A stretch of 63,523 bases of DNA, counting the filler, from Rhabdomonas costata (taxonomy: Eukaryota), in assembly GCA_019059605.1 (NCBI GenBank). It is 54 parts of 54 records of this genome, joined end to end, with 100 filler letters (N's around TTAATTAATTAA, not from the genome) between each part and the next. Parts side by side here need not be neighbours in the genome. Positions count along the whole stretch, not along the records: positions 36,528 to 37,604 come from JAHMHO010029795.1; positions 37,705 to 38,781 come from JAHMHO010029796.1; positions 38,882 to 39,959 come from JAHMHO010029797.1; positions 40,060 to 41,138 come from JAHMHO010029798.1; positions 41,239 to 42,316 come from JAHMHO010029799.1; positions 42,417 to 43,494 come from JAHMHO010029800.1; positions 43,595 to 44,672 come from JAHMHO010029801.1; positions 44,773 to 45,850 come from JAHMHO010029802.1; 46 more parts are not named here. One strand, written 5' to 3'. Below the pieces are notes generated by a model that searched no databases, was not told the DNA's origin, and saw only the letters and a list, made by a program, of their open reading frames with translations. Below, in pieces: positions 36,428 to 49,758 of the stretch (position 1 is its first letter; every line of letters starts with the position of its first letter). The translations under genes and the position numbers were made by a program.

Positions 36428-39400
36428 NNNNNNNNNNNNNNNNNNNNNNNNNNNNNNNNNNNNNNNNNNNNTTAATTAATTAANNNNNNNNNNNNNNNNN
36501 NNNNNNNNNNNNNNNNNNNNNNNNNNNGAGGACCAATGGACCGAGAGAACACACGAACACAGGAAAGCTCAACGTGGACGAGGAGAAAGAGAAGAAGAAG
36601 AAGAAGATTTCGTAACATGCCCAAAGCAACAGCAGATGTCATATAAATCGCACAGGTCGCCCCTCACTCTACGCATGATCCTAGAATCCTGCTTGGCTGG
36701 CACCTTCCCTGGCGCATCAGTGTTTTTACAGAGTCTGTAATCCAGTAATCCTGCAGAGGAACTTGACAGGCAGAAGACAAACTCTCACTATATCTGATAT
36801 CGCGCGAACTACGCGGTGAGCTCTGAACTGAAAGATGCAGTACCTGCAGTACGAATGAGGGTAGGCATGGGACTGAAAATGACAACGCAACGGGTCTTTC
36901 TGGAGATGTAACACTCGTTGTGGTAGAACACAGTTCGGGGAGGCAGCAAGTAATTACTTCACCCTTCTGCATTCTGCACGGAGCTATTGTGTGGACTCTT
37001 GTTGTGTAACTTGATCTGTGCGGTTAAAAGCCAAAAACATCCGGTGCATCCCATTGCATCCATTTGCATAAACTATCTCCACTTTTTCAGCTTCATGTAC
37101 TCCCGGATAACGGAACTGACCAGGAATGACCTCAACTAGATAACTGGGAGCTGACTGGGAATGACCTCTACTCGATAACTCGTTTTCGCCTTGCTATTTA
37201 GTACCCGCCCAAGGGGAAGCACACCTAAAAGGACACAGCCCAGGCGAACGGGCAAGCACTCTCCCCAACAACGTTCTGAGGGAAAGCCAGGGACAAACAA
37301 AGGTGAATAGGAATAAGCTGTGCTACCGCCGCCAGAAGACACCGGAACAATACAGCATTTCGACTCAACTCATTAATACAACTCCCCCTCCAACGAGCAC
37401 AAGCCGCTATGGGCTGTCCAGCTTCCGGCTGCAGTCTGTTCTAAAGTGGAGGCAAAATATGGTCCACGTCGCGCGAGCAGCGGGGAGACATGTTTCAAAG
37501 TGTATAAAGTCGCCCCCTCGGAGAAACTGTGTAATATCAATTCGTGCAAAACGAGAAGAGCAGCTTAAACGGACGCAAAGTGGAGGGGAGGTGTGGCCGA
37601 CACCNNNNNNNNNNNNNNNNNNNNNNNNNNNNNNNNNNNNNNNNNNNNTTAATTAATTAANNNNNNNNNNNNNNNNNNNNNNNNNNNNNNNNNNNNNNNN
37701 NNNNTTTGGTTTTTGGTGGTGCTGAGGCCATCATGGTTAACTACCCGAAGGTGGGCCATGGCCCCAGCAGGGACCGGAGATAGCTCAAAGCACGCCGGGC
37801 CCCAGAGCGCAGGCAGTTCCAGCGGAAAGGTGGAGTTGCCCAGAACCTCGTTTCCCGCTCCTGCGCGTGCAGATGCGTGGACGAGTGGTGAGATGATAGT
37901 GAGATTTACCTTGTGTTTTTTTTTGCTTGATGAAGTGGGTTAAAGAAGTGAGTGCAGTGTTCGCGTTTGATATACTTGGTCACAATTGGACGATGCTTTC
38001 CAAGTTGTTTGATGAATTTGCCTTCTTTCTGAAGAACACTTTTCACAACGCTTTATAACACACGTCGCAGCACCTATCAAGGATGTGTTCTCTAGGTGGG
38101 AATGACGCGCGCACGGTAGGAAGAGAAACGGTGCCCTCCATAAATCCGCATCCATGAGGATCGCTCATCCCGCTGCCAACTTTGTCCTTCGGGCTCATAT
38201 ATACTGCTCACAAAAATACCATTCGAAGAGAAGAGGGTGGTGCGGGGGATGCAAGAGGCAAGCAGAGGGAAAATGCAGCAAAAACTTTACGCACAACGCA
38301 GAATTGTCAACCCCGATCAGAGATACACAGGTGTGATTTCCGGACGCATCACACACTCAGGTATGAGCGGCACCACCGCCAACTACAGCGATCACAATCC
38401 AAGGCCCCTCAAACGGGGCAGCCAGCTAAAAGAAAGGCACACATACCTCCGCTATCCAACACCACCACGTGTGCCGTGCAAAGCCGGCTGTGGTGCAGGA
38501 AGGCGCTCTCCCACACACAGAACTGCAGCCTCCACTGCGGGGGAGTGCTTGGCGGACACCCCAGCGCCCGCAAAGTGTGGCTGCAGAAGCGACAGCACCC
38601 TTCGCCTCCTCCTCCTCCTCCTCCCGATTTCGCGGTAATAGTTGCCAACATTGGTGCAGAAGCTGATGCCACGCGATCGACCCGGGCTTCCGGACAATGA
38701 AACGAGGGTTGACTTTTCGGCGATGGCTGGCGGCGATGGTTGTGGAATAAAAGTGCATGTCTATGTCTCTAACCCAACACCNNNNNNNNNNNNNNNNNNN
38801 NNNNNNNNNNNNNNNNNNNNNNNNNTTAATTAATTAANNNNNNNNNNNNNNNNNNNNNNNNNNNNNNNNNNNNNNNNNNNNGTTGAGAGTGTTTGGGGCT
38901 GGGTGTAACTGCTGAGATCGAAATGGAACCCCAGTCGGAACCGAACGGCACGGGGAGGATAAATCGGAGCTCTGCGTTGGAAACAGCACGGACGACGGAC
39001 GGCAGGAAAATGAATGAAGTAGCCTTTTTTTGTGCGAGAGTGAGGGGCGTATACTTCGGTTTCGCCCCCTAGCGAACTTTTCGAACGTATTCCTTGGATG
39101 TGCCTGTCTCCGCGCAAACGACGCGGAAGGGAAGGAAAACAGTGCTCTTCCCACTAAATCACAAACACGCTCCCTTGTTTTTGCGGGGGATCAAAAGGAA
39201 GGCCGGGGCAAAACGAGCGATCGACAGCGATTAATTGGGAATCGTTCACCTACACCTTCCCGGTTCGGGCATGTTCTGCAAAGCCCTGCCGTGTAAACGC
39301 CAAAACCAAAACGTTTCCGTGTTACGTTTCCGTGTTACGGCGGGATATGCATGGTAAAAAAATTCCGCGCAAATAAAATCCTAAAATCACGAAAGATTAA

Positions 39401-40211
39401 ATCACACGTCACCCCGGCTGATAATCGGCTTGAAAGGGAGTCAGCGACAGCTTCCAAACCAGGCAAATGGGCTCCGTCAGCTCATAGGAGAGGATCTCGT
39501 CCGCGTCAGAACAGTCACTGCCCAAGCTGCTCCAAAACTTCGTCTCACGACTTGAAAAGATTGCACGAGGGTAACCGCAGCTAATAACAACTAACCACAA
39601 CAATAACAAGAAGAAGATGGTGAGGCATACTCATTCAGGGTTTCGACGATGCTCTGGTTTCTGTGATCAGTGCTGCTTGCATCACAAGCTCGGGCTATCA
39701 GAGACTAAACAAACGAAAGACAAAATAGAAACGAAAAGAAAAACTGGGCGAGACCCATAACCCAGGTTAGGACCTTCACAACGCGAAAAAAGAAACGGCA
39801 ACTTGATTGACAACCAATCCGTCCCCTTTCACAAAGAAACACCCGGGCTCCCGCAGAGCCAGAGACGAGGGGCTGACGATCTAACTTTCGCAGTTCCACA
39901 GAGGCACACTTCCAGTCGATGTGCAAAGGCCGGCAGCCAGCACTTTCAACCACAACAACNNNNNNNNNNNNNNNNNNNNNNNNNNNNNNNNNNNNNNNNN
40001 NNNTTAATTAATTAANNNNNNNNNNNNNNNNNNNNNNNNNNNNNNNNNNNNNNNNNNNNTTTTGGGGAGAGTCTAAGCCCCTGTGGCTGTGGTTTTTTCC
40101 CTCCAAATTCAAAGCTTACAGATCACAACCAAGTCCATTTCGCGGCTTGACCAAGTCCAGTTTTTTACTGCGTTTTTCTTTGGGTTAGTCAGATTTGTCT
40201 GTTTTGGTCAG

Positions 40212-40771
40212 GACATGGCGGACCTCTCTGGTCCTCCGCTGCAAGGCTTTGAGCATCGAAGACCCCAGAGCCGTGCCCTTCAGCTGGCGCCCTGCGCGTC
40301 GACCCATTCTTCGAAGGTCTGTTTTTTGTGCTGGGAGAGGGACTTCCAGCCAGGCTGTGCTTTGGGTTGCGTTCAATAGAAAAGCAAGCCGCTTTGCAAG
40401 AGAAAGCAAACCTGTCCGAGGATGCAAGACTGGGCTGAAGAAGCTGCCCCGTCTTCCTTTTCTTTCCTTTGCTTTTCTCTTATTCTCTTAGTTCGCTCTT
40501 TTTTATCGCAGGGGTCGCCCAAGTCCACAGCCACCACTGCCACGGTGGACGAAGACCTTGCGCCCCCAACGAGCACCGACGTATGCCGCTATATGTGACC
40601 TCTTTGTCTTTGTGTGGGCTGAGCTGTTTCTTTTTGACGGTTTGGTGTCCTCCCTGCTTTCCGTGTTGTGGACCCCTTTGCTGAGATTTGCCCTTCACAG
40701 CTTTTGATGCGGCAGTCCCGCAAAGCTCCGACGCCGGGGTCGGTGCGGTCCACTGGGGCTGCTGAGACAAG
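40212..40771 (+). CDS. Three exons of a low-complexity hypothetical protein (40212-40316, 40512-40580, 40701-40771)
   Basis: cag|...|gt boundaries; phase-0 joins keep the frame open. Confidence 0.55.
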
Positions 40772-41283
40772 GTTCTCGCTCCCTCCCCCTCCCGTCCGGT
40801 ATGCCCTTCTTATGAGTAGGTTTCTAGGCTGTTTGCTGGCCCAGCTGCAGGAGTGCGGTAGATCACGAATATGAGACTGAATTTGCACAGGAACACTGTT
40901 CGGCACTTGGTCCACGTGCAAAAAGCAACCAGCAAACAACACGTATGGAACAAGAAAGAGATGAGAAGCCGGAAGATACGCCAACGGGTACAGAGCTCAA
41001 ACGGAGGGAAATCACACTCCTGGAAGGTGTACGGGTGAGGTGTAACTGGGAGGGGAACTGCAGCCAGAACTGGTGTGTGTGCGGGATGCTGGATGAAAGC
41101 TTCAGTGGGGTGCGACGTCTTGTGGCGGTGACGCGGGCNNNNNNNNNNNNNNNNNNNNNNNNNNNNNNNNNNNNNNNNNNNNTTAATTAATTAANNNNNN
41201 NNNNNNNNNNNNNNNNNNNNNNNNNNNNNNNNNNNNNNTTGTGTGCACTAGATTGCTCACAATCCGACTTTTGAGTTCGCCAA

Positions 41284-41668
41284 ATATCGCGGTGGACACT
41301 TTTATTTGGCGAACTCAAAAGTCGGATTGTGAGCAATCTAGTGCACACCAAACACCAGTTTCTCCCCTGCACAACTCCTGAAAACCCAAAGTCAGACCAA
41401 AAAATGTTAAAACTTGGCTTGAAAAGAGACTCAAATCAAGATAAGGGCGAAGTTCAGCTGCTTTGGGATACCAACGAGCTCGGTTGTCAATGTTATTGGT
41501 TTTCTGCTTTTCACAACAAAGAGAGGTCACCGCCTTTTTTATAGCTCAGTGTAGATTTTTCTCCCCCGAAAAACCTCTGGTAAGTCCGAATGTGTCTCAT
41601 TTTTTGGACAAAGGCACACCAAACGAGAGCTTCATAAGTTCGCCAAACAAAAGTGTCCACCGCGATAT
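41284..41668. mobile_element. Candidate MITE (385 bp) with 32-bp terminal inverted repeats, lying in intronic sequence
   Basis: 41284-41315 ATATCGCGGTGGACACTTTTATTTGGCGAACT and 41637-41668 are reverse complements at 31/32; non-coding interior; TATA at the right edge. Confidence 0.65.
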
Positions 41669-41844
41669 ATTACCTTGAGAAGCAATTAATACGTGGTTTG
41701 GGACGCCCTTTGGCTCTGACAAATTTATGCACTCTGCTGAACACAACAACAGTGCACACACACACAAAGGGTAAACACTGGTACGGATACTGTCAGGCAC
41801 CGAAATTTACACACCCACAAACACCGGCAAAAGTTCATGCTGAC

Positions 41845-42021
41845 GAGCTCAGTGTAGTGCACCACGGCGTACACTCCTGTGGAAGCTGTGGGAAAAGCCA
41901 CAGCGTCTGGCCCATACACCACCGCGCTCAGGGTGCAGTTGGAGCAGCTAGGGGCTTGGGTGCGGTTGGCGCCGTCTACCAGGGTCACCAGACGGCTCTC
42001 AATGAGCACCATTGGAGTCGG
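41845..42021 (-). CDS. Exon of a probable extracellular protein
   Basis: 177-nt phase 0-0 exon with N-glycosylation sequons (NRT, NCT). Confidence 0.55.
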
Positions 42022-42490
42022 CTGGAGGAGCAAAACCAAAGGACGGGTGTGAGGGGGGAGGGGACGACACACCCTCATCAAACTAGTACCCACTGGACAG
42101 AACTTAACGGCCGAAAACAACATGAATATATGTGAATAGAGGGGTGGTTGCAGCCCTTCGCACCCCCCCCCATTCAACAACACACTCCGCTGCATTTCGA
42201 TAGTCAAAAACATACAGGTTTTGCTCAGCAAAAACGGAGTGTGCATTAATAGCGGGAGTGTGTGTGCGTTTGTGGACTTTTCCCTGTTCCTTCGTGAAGC
42301 CCCAGCAGACCTGACCNNNNNNNNNNNNNNNNNNNNNNNNNNNNNNNNNNNNNNNNNNNNTTAATTAATTAANNNNNNNNNNNNNNNNNNNNNNNNNNNN
42401 NNNNNNNNNNNNNNNNGTGTGTGTGTGTGTGTGTGTTTGTGTGTGTTTGCATTCTGCTTTGTGCACTTCTGAAACTTGCCCCCCCCGCAG

Positions 42491-42834
42491 ATGATGTCTC
42501 GAGAAATATATTCAGCATCTGGTTTTCAGATTCACAGCAGACAGCAAGCTATTGGGATGGGTTTGATAGGTGTGACGGTATAGCTGTTTGGGGATGAGAT
42601 GGGAAAGGCATTATGGTTTGTAGGGTGAGTTGTGTTCGGAAGGGAAGGGGAGGGGCAGAATTTTGTGCACGCACGCACAGCTCGACAAGGACGCGCCATC
42701 TGATGTTCAAGGGCTTCGCTGCAGGGGTGGCATTGCGTACGAGGTCGGAATCTCTCTGTGTCTTTCTGCATGACTTTTGCCTTCAAGGCGGCAGACGGTG
42801 GTAACTTGTTACGACCCGTTTAACGCTGTTAGAC
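42491..42834 (+). CDS. Three short exons of a hypothetical protein (42491-42560, 42681-42743, 42788-42834)
   Basis: GT-AG phase-compatible joins; includes a 44-nt intron. Confidence 0.45.
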
Positions 42835-43954
42835 GTCTGGTTGGTTTTGGTTGGGATTGGGTGGGGTACGGCGAGAGTCCGTGCTTGCGAGGAGGAGATA
42901 TTCGACAAGCGGCCTGGTCGCCGCAGCGCGGTTTGACTCAATTTTTTCATGTGAAACAACTTCACCTCAAGAACTTACACTACAAAGGACTGCGTAGGTG
43001 CATGCGAGACATTCGACATTGCTCAGAGATTGCATGAGATGGTAAGAAGGGTGTTAAACATCAACATTGTTAGACGTCAAAGTTCTGGAAGCTTTACTAA
43101 CCTGCTGCACCTGTTATCCGCAGAGAACATTTGTTGCTCTCCGAGGGTCTCCGAGGGCACTCCCCTAAAAACAGCAAATTTTCTCCTGGGATCTCAAACA
43201 CCCGCAACAACTGACAACTGAAGGGCACCTATCGCATACGTTGGATAGGAGGGTTCGTTGGTTTTGGACCCATGTCGGGTTGTTTTTTCCAGCTGACCAA
43301 GGTGAGGGATGCTGCTGCTCCTGTCACCACGGCGCTTTTTTCTTTTGGAGCGAAGTTGCCTAATGTGTGGAAGTTTTTGCTCCTTGGCGGCCTTCTCTCT
43401 CTCACTTTGCGTGCGACACAAATACACAGGTGCCCACCACCCCCAGCTATGACCCGGAAATTGGTCAGCTAAGGATGATTTCCGGCGATGGTACNNNNNN
43501 NNNNNNNNNNNNNNNNNNNNNNNNNNNNNNNNNNNNNNTTAATTAATTAANNNNNNNNNNNNNNNNNNNNNNNNNNNNNNNNNNNNNNNNNNNNGTTTGT
43601 GTGTGTGCATCGGGATAACTGCAGGTACGTGAAGAGCCGCGGAAAATCGCGGCGAGGTTTCACTCGACTCCACACGGTTTCTCACTCCCGCAGTGGTTTT
43701 CCAGATGAAGCATTGCCTTCCGACTGACGGAAAAAAATCCCGAGCAAGCCGCATTCAGGACATACAGCTAGCTCAGGGAGGAGTGCTTGTGACTCAGTGC
43801 TGGAGGGAAACCCCGCAGTCTTCACACACGCGCATACACATAGGAGCGGATGCGCTGCACTGTCTAGCAAACACCAAGCACAGATGTGCACAAATGGCAA
43901 GGGATCATTCCACGTGGATCCATCAGCCAGGAATAAATTCCCTCTCTCTGCCAG

Positions 43955-44232
43955 ACCCTCTGGGCACGGGCGGGGGCTTCGGCTCCGGCGGCAGCTTTAC
44001 GGACAACGCCACACTGTGTGGGCTGGGGGGCGCTCTTCTGGAGGCTACCCTGACGGTTGTTCTGCGTCGCGGTAGCGCCGGCGGTAGCCGGGTGGAGGAC
44101 AAAACGGCGGGGGAGGTGGTGGACCCGCTGTTCCGGCTGCTGTGGCGGGTGGCCCGTGCGTGTCCCGCGGTGCTGTACGGCGGGGAGCACAGCTGCACAG
44201 CTGTGCTGCAGCTCGCAGTGGACTCCCTTGAG
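43955..44232 (+). CDS. Transportin-3/importin-13-like HEAT-repeat karyopherin exon
   Basis: EVVDPLFRLLWRVARACPAVL...VLQLAVDSL resembles TNPO3 '[21 protein letters not shown]...ILQWAIAST'. Confidence 0.55.
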
Positions 44233-44851
44233 GTGTGTGGTCTCCAGAGCAATGCACCATTTCTTTTGTGAGCTTTGGCGCTTCTGATTTGGCAGCTTCT
44301 TTTGAAGCGGCACGGAAAACGAAGAAGAGCGGAACTACGCACAGAAGCAAGGGGAGGTTTGGGTTGCAGCACAAAGGCGAGGCAAGAAGACGTTGGGAAC
44401 GGAAAGACTATGAAGAAACGGCCCAACTGCAGTCAACACACAAACACATCTCACACCATCTCGTTTCACACAAACTCTAATCATAAATATTTGGCATAGG
44501 TAAACTTATTCGACACACAGGATAGAAGAAGAACTGTGAAACCTCACTGGAAACAGCCGACCTTGATGCACTCCAACTAGCAAAAGAAAGGGTCAGAGTC
44601 ATCTGGGAGGTTTGCCCGCCACTGGAATTCCTTCACAGAGCTCTCTAAAATGTCACCACGGCAGCCACCCCCNNNNNNNNNNNNNNNNNNNNNNNNNNNN
44701 NNNNNNNNNNNNNNNNTTAATTAATTAANNNNNNNNNNNNNNNNNNNNNNNNNNNNNNNNNNNNNNNNNNNNGGTTGGGTGTGTGTGACTATTCGAGTTC
44801 TCACCCACCCCAAAAATAGTCCCGATTGTCTCCCTCACCCCAACCCCCGAG

Positions 44852-45362
44852 CGCCGCGACGCCGGTGTCTCAAACGAGCTTATGAGCGAACCCGCATCCA
44901 CTTGTCCGCCAGAGCCCTGCTGAAAGCACAGGTACTGGTACAACCTGAGGTGTTTCCTTCCTCGCAACTTGCTTGTGTTTCCTAACTCTAGTGAAGGAAA
45001 ATGCCCAGCCGGATTCTTTTGTAGTTCCTGACGTTGAGGTGTCACCTCCTCCTCCTCCTGCGACTGTTGTTGCTTTTCTGTTTGTTGTCTTATTAAAGGT
45101 GCGGCGCGAGTGTCCGTACAGCGTTGGGGGCCGCAATGCGGTGCAAGCCCCGCTGTGGGAGTGCCTCTCGTGCCAGCGCAGTGCCGGAGCTGAGGGAGAG
45201 GCTGGGGCGTCGGAGGAGAACGGGTTTCAGGCTTTGGTGTGCTCGGCCTGCGCCCGGTGCTGCCACGAGGGCCATGAGCTGCAGTTGCGCGAGGCAGGGG
45301 GGCAGGAGAAGCCCGACGATAGCTGCTACTGCCACTGCGGCGAAGCTGAGCACGACCTCACA
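44852..45362 (+). CDS. UBR-box zinc-finger protein; exons ~44852-44931 and 45099-45362
   Basis: CPY...WECLSC...VCSACARCCHEGHEL...CYCHCG is the UBR-type zinc-finger pattern. Confidence 0.85.
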
Positions 45363-45565
45363 GTACGTGCTTCGCTCAAACCCATCCGCACATTTGCATG
45401 CTAATTTAAATCTTCAATGCACAGCACAATGCACAGCACAATGCACAGCAAAGAAACAGCAGTGCAGAATGGAAACTAACAGTGAAACGAAATCGCAGGA
45501 CAAAATCACGAAAACCACACCACCATTATGTTCCAGCAAGACTCAGGCAACACTAGGAGCTCTAA

Positions 45566-45682
45566 TCACCATCATCATCGTCGTCATCACTACCGTCATC
45601 ACCATCATCATCATCATCGTGGTCATCATCATCGTCGTCATCATCATCATCGTCCTCATCCTCATCGTCTTTCTCATCCTCA

Positions 45683-45723
<41 letters not shown>

Positions 45724-45850
45724 CGTCATTGCCATCACCGTCATCATCGTCATCCTCCTCCTCCTCATCCTCGTCATCATCATCGTGATCGTCGTTACCC
45801 ACCACTACCACCACCTCCTCCTCATCCTCGTCGTCGTCGTCGTCATCATC
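45566..45850. repeat. Degenerate (CAT/CGT/CCT)n trinucleotide repeat tract
   Basis: Directly visible; runs into the contig end. Confidence 0.95.
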
Positions 45851-46358
45851 NNNNNNNNNNNNNNNNNNNNNNNNNNNNNNNNNNNNNNNNNNNNTTAATT
45901 AATTAANNNNNNNNNNNNNNNNNNNNNNNNNNNNNNNNNNNNNNNNNNNNGGTGTTTGGGTGCACAGTTTCTTAATGTCATCCTTTTGGTGCAGTACATG
46001 AGAAAGCTCGAAACTGATCAAAATGGCAAGAAATAGAATAGCCCAAAAAAAACGGGCTCATTCGACCCCCCTTTCCCGGAGCAGGTTCCCCTTCCCCCCA
46101 AGTATGGGAAGGTGCATCCAAAATCACTCAACAAAGACCTTTTGGGGAAGAGGGGATAGATCGATAATGGATTAAGGCACAGCTTTGTACTCCCCCAGAG
46201 ATTTAGATGATGTTGACGCTTTGTAACACACAGGGTTGCACAGGGTTAGGTCCGCATACAAGCTCCCCAGGGGGAGCATGTATGTACCCCCGCAATTTAC
46301 ACGGGCTAGGGAGCCATGCACGGGGGGGATACCATTTCCGTGCGTCCGCTCTCTCCGT

Positions 46359-46629
46359 ATGACTTCTGCAACTAAGGTGTTGCTGCCGCGGCTCTACGCT
46401 GGCGCAATCTTTCTGCTGCTGGGCGCCCTTGTAGTCGCTCTGGACAAGGGCTCTTATCTTGTGGCCTTCTCGTGCGCCCTGATACTCGCGGGGCTGGGCG
46501 CCCTGCTGCCACGGCTGCTGTCGAATCACTTCATCGCCCGACAGCCTCCTGCTCCTCGCAGTGAAGGCTGGCGTTCTTCCCCGAGGAGTTCCCCGAGAAG
46601 CACACTCATCTCAACCAAGCTGAGCTGAG
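46359..46629 (+). CDS. Probable first exon of a membrane protein (two TM segments), possibly frameshifted
   Basis: ATG-initiated GC3-rich hydrophobic frame with a strong |gtgagt donor at 46630. Confidence 0.4.
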
Positions 46630-48010
46630 GTGAGTGTGCTTCCACTGCGGTGGAGTTAGCGATTGACCCCGCTGATCCCGCTGGACCGAGGTTGATGGGG
46701 TTTGCCACACATCCCTCCTTTCTAGGGGTTGCACAAGCAGTGCTGCTTCCGAAGCTACCGATGACCTTATGTGCACCTTTTCGGTGCAAAGGGACTTTTC
46801 TGTGAAGGACTGTCCACGTTGTGCGGGTGGCTTTTCTTCACCTGAATGGCTTCTTGAATTCCGATTAACAGAGTTTTCTCTCACTGAAAATCACGGTGGA
46901 AAAACAGCATGCAAATTTACGGAAAATGTTCACAGTCGCCAAGGAAATACTTGTGTTTCGGAGTTGCACGTGCATTGTGCAGTGCCGACGCTGTGCTGTG
47001 GTTACTTGACATTTTCCGTAAATTTGCANNNNNNNNNNNNNNNNNNNNNNNNNNNNNNNNNNNNNNNNNNNNTTAATTAATTAANNNNNNNNNNNNNNNN
47101 NNNNNNNNNNNNNNNNNNNNNNNNNNNNGTGTGGGGTGGGAAAGAACCTGAACCGAAGGGGAATGAACGAGGGTGATGGAGAACTCATGGGACAAAGACG
47201 GAGGGAGAGAGGCACTGAAACCGCCGAACCTCCTGGATTGACAGTAACATAAAAACAGAGAGGGTTCTCACACCAGTCGATTCAGCGCGGGATTCGGAGG
47301 CCCGTTCCCAACGGTCATCGGGCGAACTGCCTGAATCACGGCAAATGGCTGGCGTACATACGAAGGGCTGACGGGCTCCAAGTCCAATGCCTTGGACTGA
47401 CCCACAAGCTGCGGGTGAGAGCAGACCATACTGCACCCCACCGTGCAAACTACAGCCACGCCAATCGTCCGCATCTGCCCTTTCTGTGAATTATCGTTTC
47501 ATCACTTTTGGCACTGTCCATTGGTGACAAGCTGAGCAATTGAGCTTTTACTCCACATCTTGTGTGGCTTGCAGAAACCTCAAGCACCCAGGCCTTGAAG
47601 TTCTCCTGTTATTGATCAGCAGTTCATTTTTTGCCTGGAGACAGGGTGGAGGGGTTTGCAGGCTCGTTTGTTGAAGCGGCCGTCACCCAGCCGAAGCTGT
47701 CCTTACATCCTATTAGGTTGATCTGGGACCATGGGGGAATCTTTGGATGGGATTCTCACCCGTAAAACTTAAACCTTCAACACGAACACCAGAGGACAAA
47801 ATAAATGCCAACAACTTCGAACACTCAATTGTTCACTGTGCAATGTTCACCGCGCAAAAGAAAACAGTGGGGCGCAAGAACAATGCCAACAACTGGTACA
47901 AATTGAACCACGAAAACCAATTATCAAAATGACACTGAGCACCAGCGCGGTGCCACTTGTGATGAGATGAATTTTAAAAGTTTCTTTCGCTGGGTGTCGT
48001 CGTGCGGAAC

Positions 48011-48112
48011 CTTAGAGCGCATCAGACGCAGCCTTTCTTCTTCCACGTCCAATACGTTGACCTCGGGCTCCTCCACAGCTGAAGTTGTCCCGGGGAGGCT
48101 TTTCTTCAGCTC
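48011..48112 (-). CDS. Exon of a hypothetical coiled-coil protein
   Basis: 102-nt phase 0-0 exon: ELKKSLPGTTSAVEEPEVNVLDVEEERLRLMRSK. Confidence 0.5.
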
Positions 48113-49758
48113 CTAAATAGGAACAACTTCAAACCGATTCATAAACAGAACGAATGACTGGAACCAGGTGAAAGCACAGTGGGAACCCAACATTAAAAAC
48201 CAACACNNNNNNNNNNNNNNNNNNNNNNNNNNNNNNNNNNNNNNNNNNNNTTAATTAATTAANNNNNNNNNNNNNNNNNNNNNNNNNNNNNNNNNNNNNN
48301 NNNNNNTTGTGGGGGGTATATGCGTTGTTCAGCAACCCTAAAAAGGTCCGATTTGGCTTGTGGGTGCAAAAAGCGCGAAAAAGAAAACAAGGCAAAAACG
48401 TGTTTATTTTTGGCTAAAATGGCAAAAAAAAAAACATGAAAAAATCAAGCAGTACGACAATGGTGCACCTATGTCTGCCTTTTTTTCATGGGTGTGTCCT
48501 TTTGAACCCCTTTTCGATGACTATATGGCTCAGCCAACTTTTTCTCTGCAGGATTTTCTCTCTCAGTCGCTTTCTGATGACAGTGGGAACCTATTCAATA
48601 TTCCCGTGAAATCGAGATCGTGTTCTGCGGCCTCTTTCTGTCGCTTGTCCACTCTGCCTGGACTGGCGGTGACCAAGAAGGATGGCCTCAGCTTGTCCAA
48701 AGAAGAGCAAGAAATCCACCACGAAGGCAAAGAAGATGTTGCAGAAGACGCGTACTGCCCCCGGTGCGTGTTTGAGTTCGGATGTGCTGATGCCGTGTGG
48801 TTGTGCACCGTCTCTGAGGCTCCTATGGTTTTCCTTGGCGTTTGCACGCTCAATCGGCTTCGTTTTTTCCTTCAGAAGGCGCCATTGTGCGTGCTTGTGT
48901 GCGCAGTACCTTTTTGTATGGTTGTCTCTAGGGCGGGGTGAAGCAAGCGATCTCCTTGCTCAGCGGCGGAAGATGCAGAAGAGCATTGCTGTATGACCTG
49001 CTTTCACTTTTTGTTTCATGCCGCTCCTCCTTTCCGCCATGTGTGTGTCCCTCCCTGTTTGGCACCCCGCACCCGAGCGGGCGGCCCTCTGCCGTGTCTG
49101 CCCCACGCCGGCCTGCACTCAAGCGTCGCTCTCATGATGCTGCTGCCTCTGCAACGGCGGCTGCTTCCCTGGCAAACACTGCGTCCCCTGCCGCAGCGGG
49201 CAGCCGTGGCAAGGAAGGCAGCCCGCTGGCGCTGAGTGCGGAGGAGCGGCAGCTGGGGATGGGGTTCCTACCGCACAGCACGCTGAAGTTTATCCCCGCG
49301 GAGCATGAGCATCGGTGGCTGTGCTTCCGGCGCTCTACCCTGCCCGGCGCTGGCCTGGGTAGAGCGCCGGAAGCACAACCACCCNNNNNNNNNNNNNNNN
49401 NNNNNNNNNNNNNNNNNNNNNNNNNNNNTTAATTAATTAANNNNNNNNNNNNNNNNNNNNNNNNNNNNNNNNNNNNNNNNNNNNGGGGTGGTGGTTTCGC
49501 CCTAAATGTCTTTGAACATTTTTTGAACTTGCAGTGCGCTTTCAAGCTTCTTCTTCTCTGAGAACATGACCTGATGTTAGCAGCGGCATGTGCATGTGTG
49601 TACGCACGCAGATTACATTGAAATAGTATAGCTTGCGGTTGAGGGGAGGCATCGTTAGGAAGAGAAATACGTTGCCATGAAAAGGATTCACCAACAGTGA
49701 TCATGACAGCACTTGCTATGTCGTGTGCAAGTGTTTCTCTTCGACTTTACGCTTCTAG

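Noticed and set aside
38409-38672. WRLQFCVWE as a Mab-21/cGAS-like motif
   Set aside because: It is a single short motif, three overlapping frames are open, and no nucleotidyltransferase residues are present.
39311-45449. Short tandem duplications (ACGTTTCCGTGTT x2 at 39311; AATGCACAGCAC x3 near 45416)
   Set aside because: Ordinary slippage minisatellites without spacers.
45124-45850. Poly-Ile, poly-His and poly-Asp ORFs
   Set aside because: These are translations of a trinucleotide repeat, with no splice or codon evidence.
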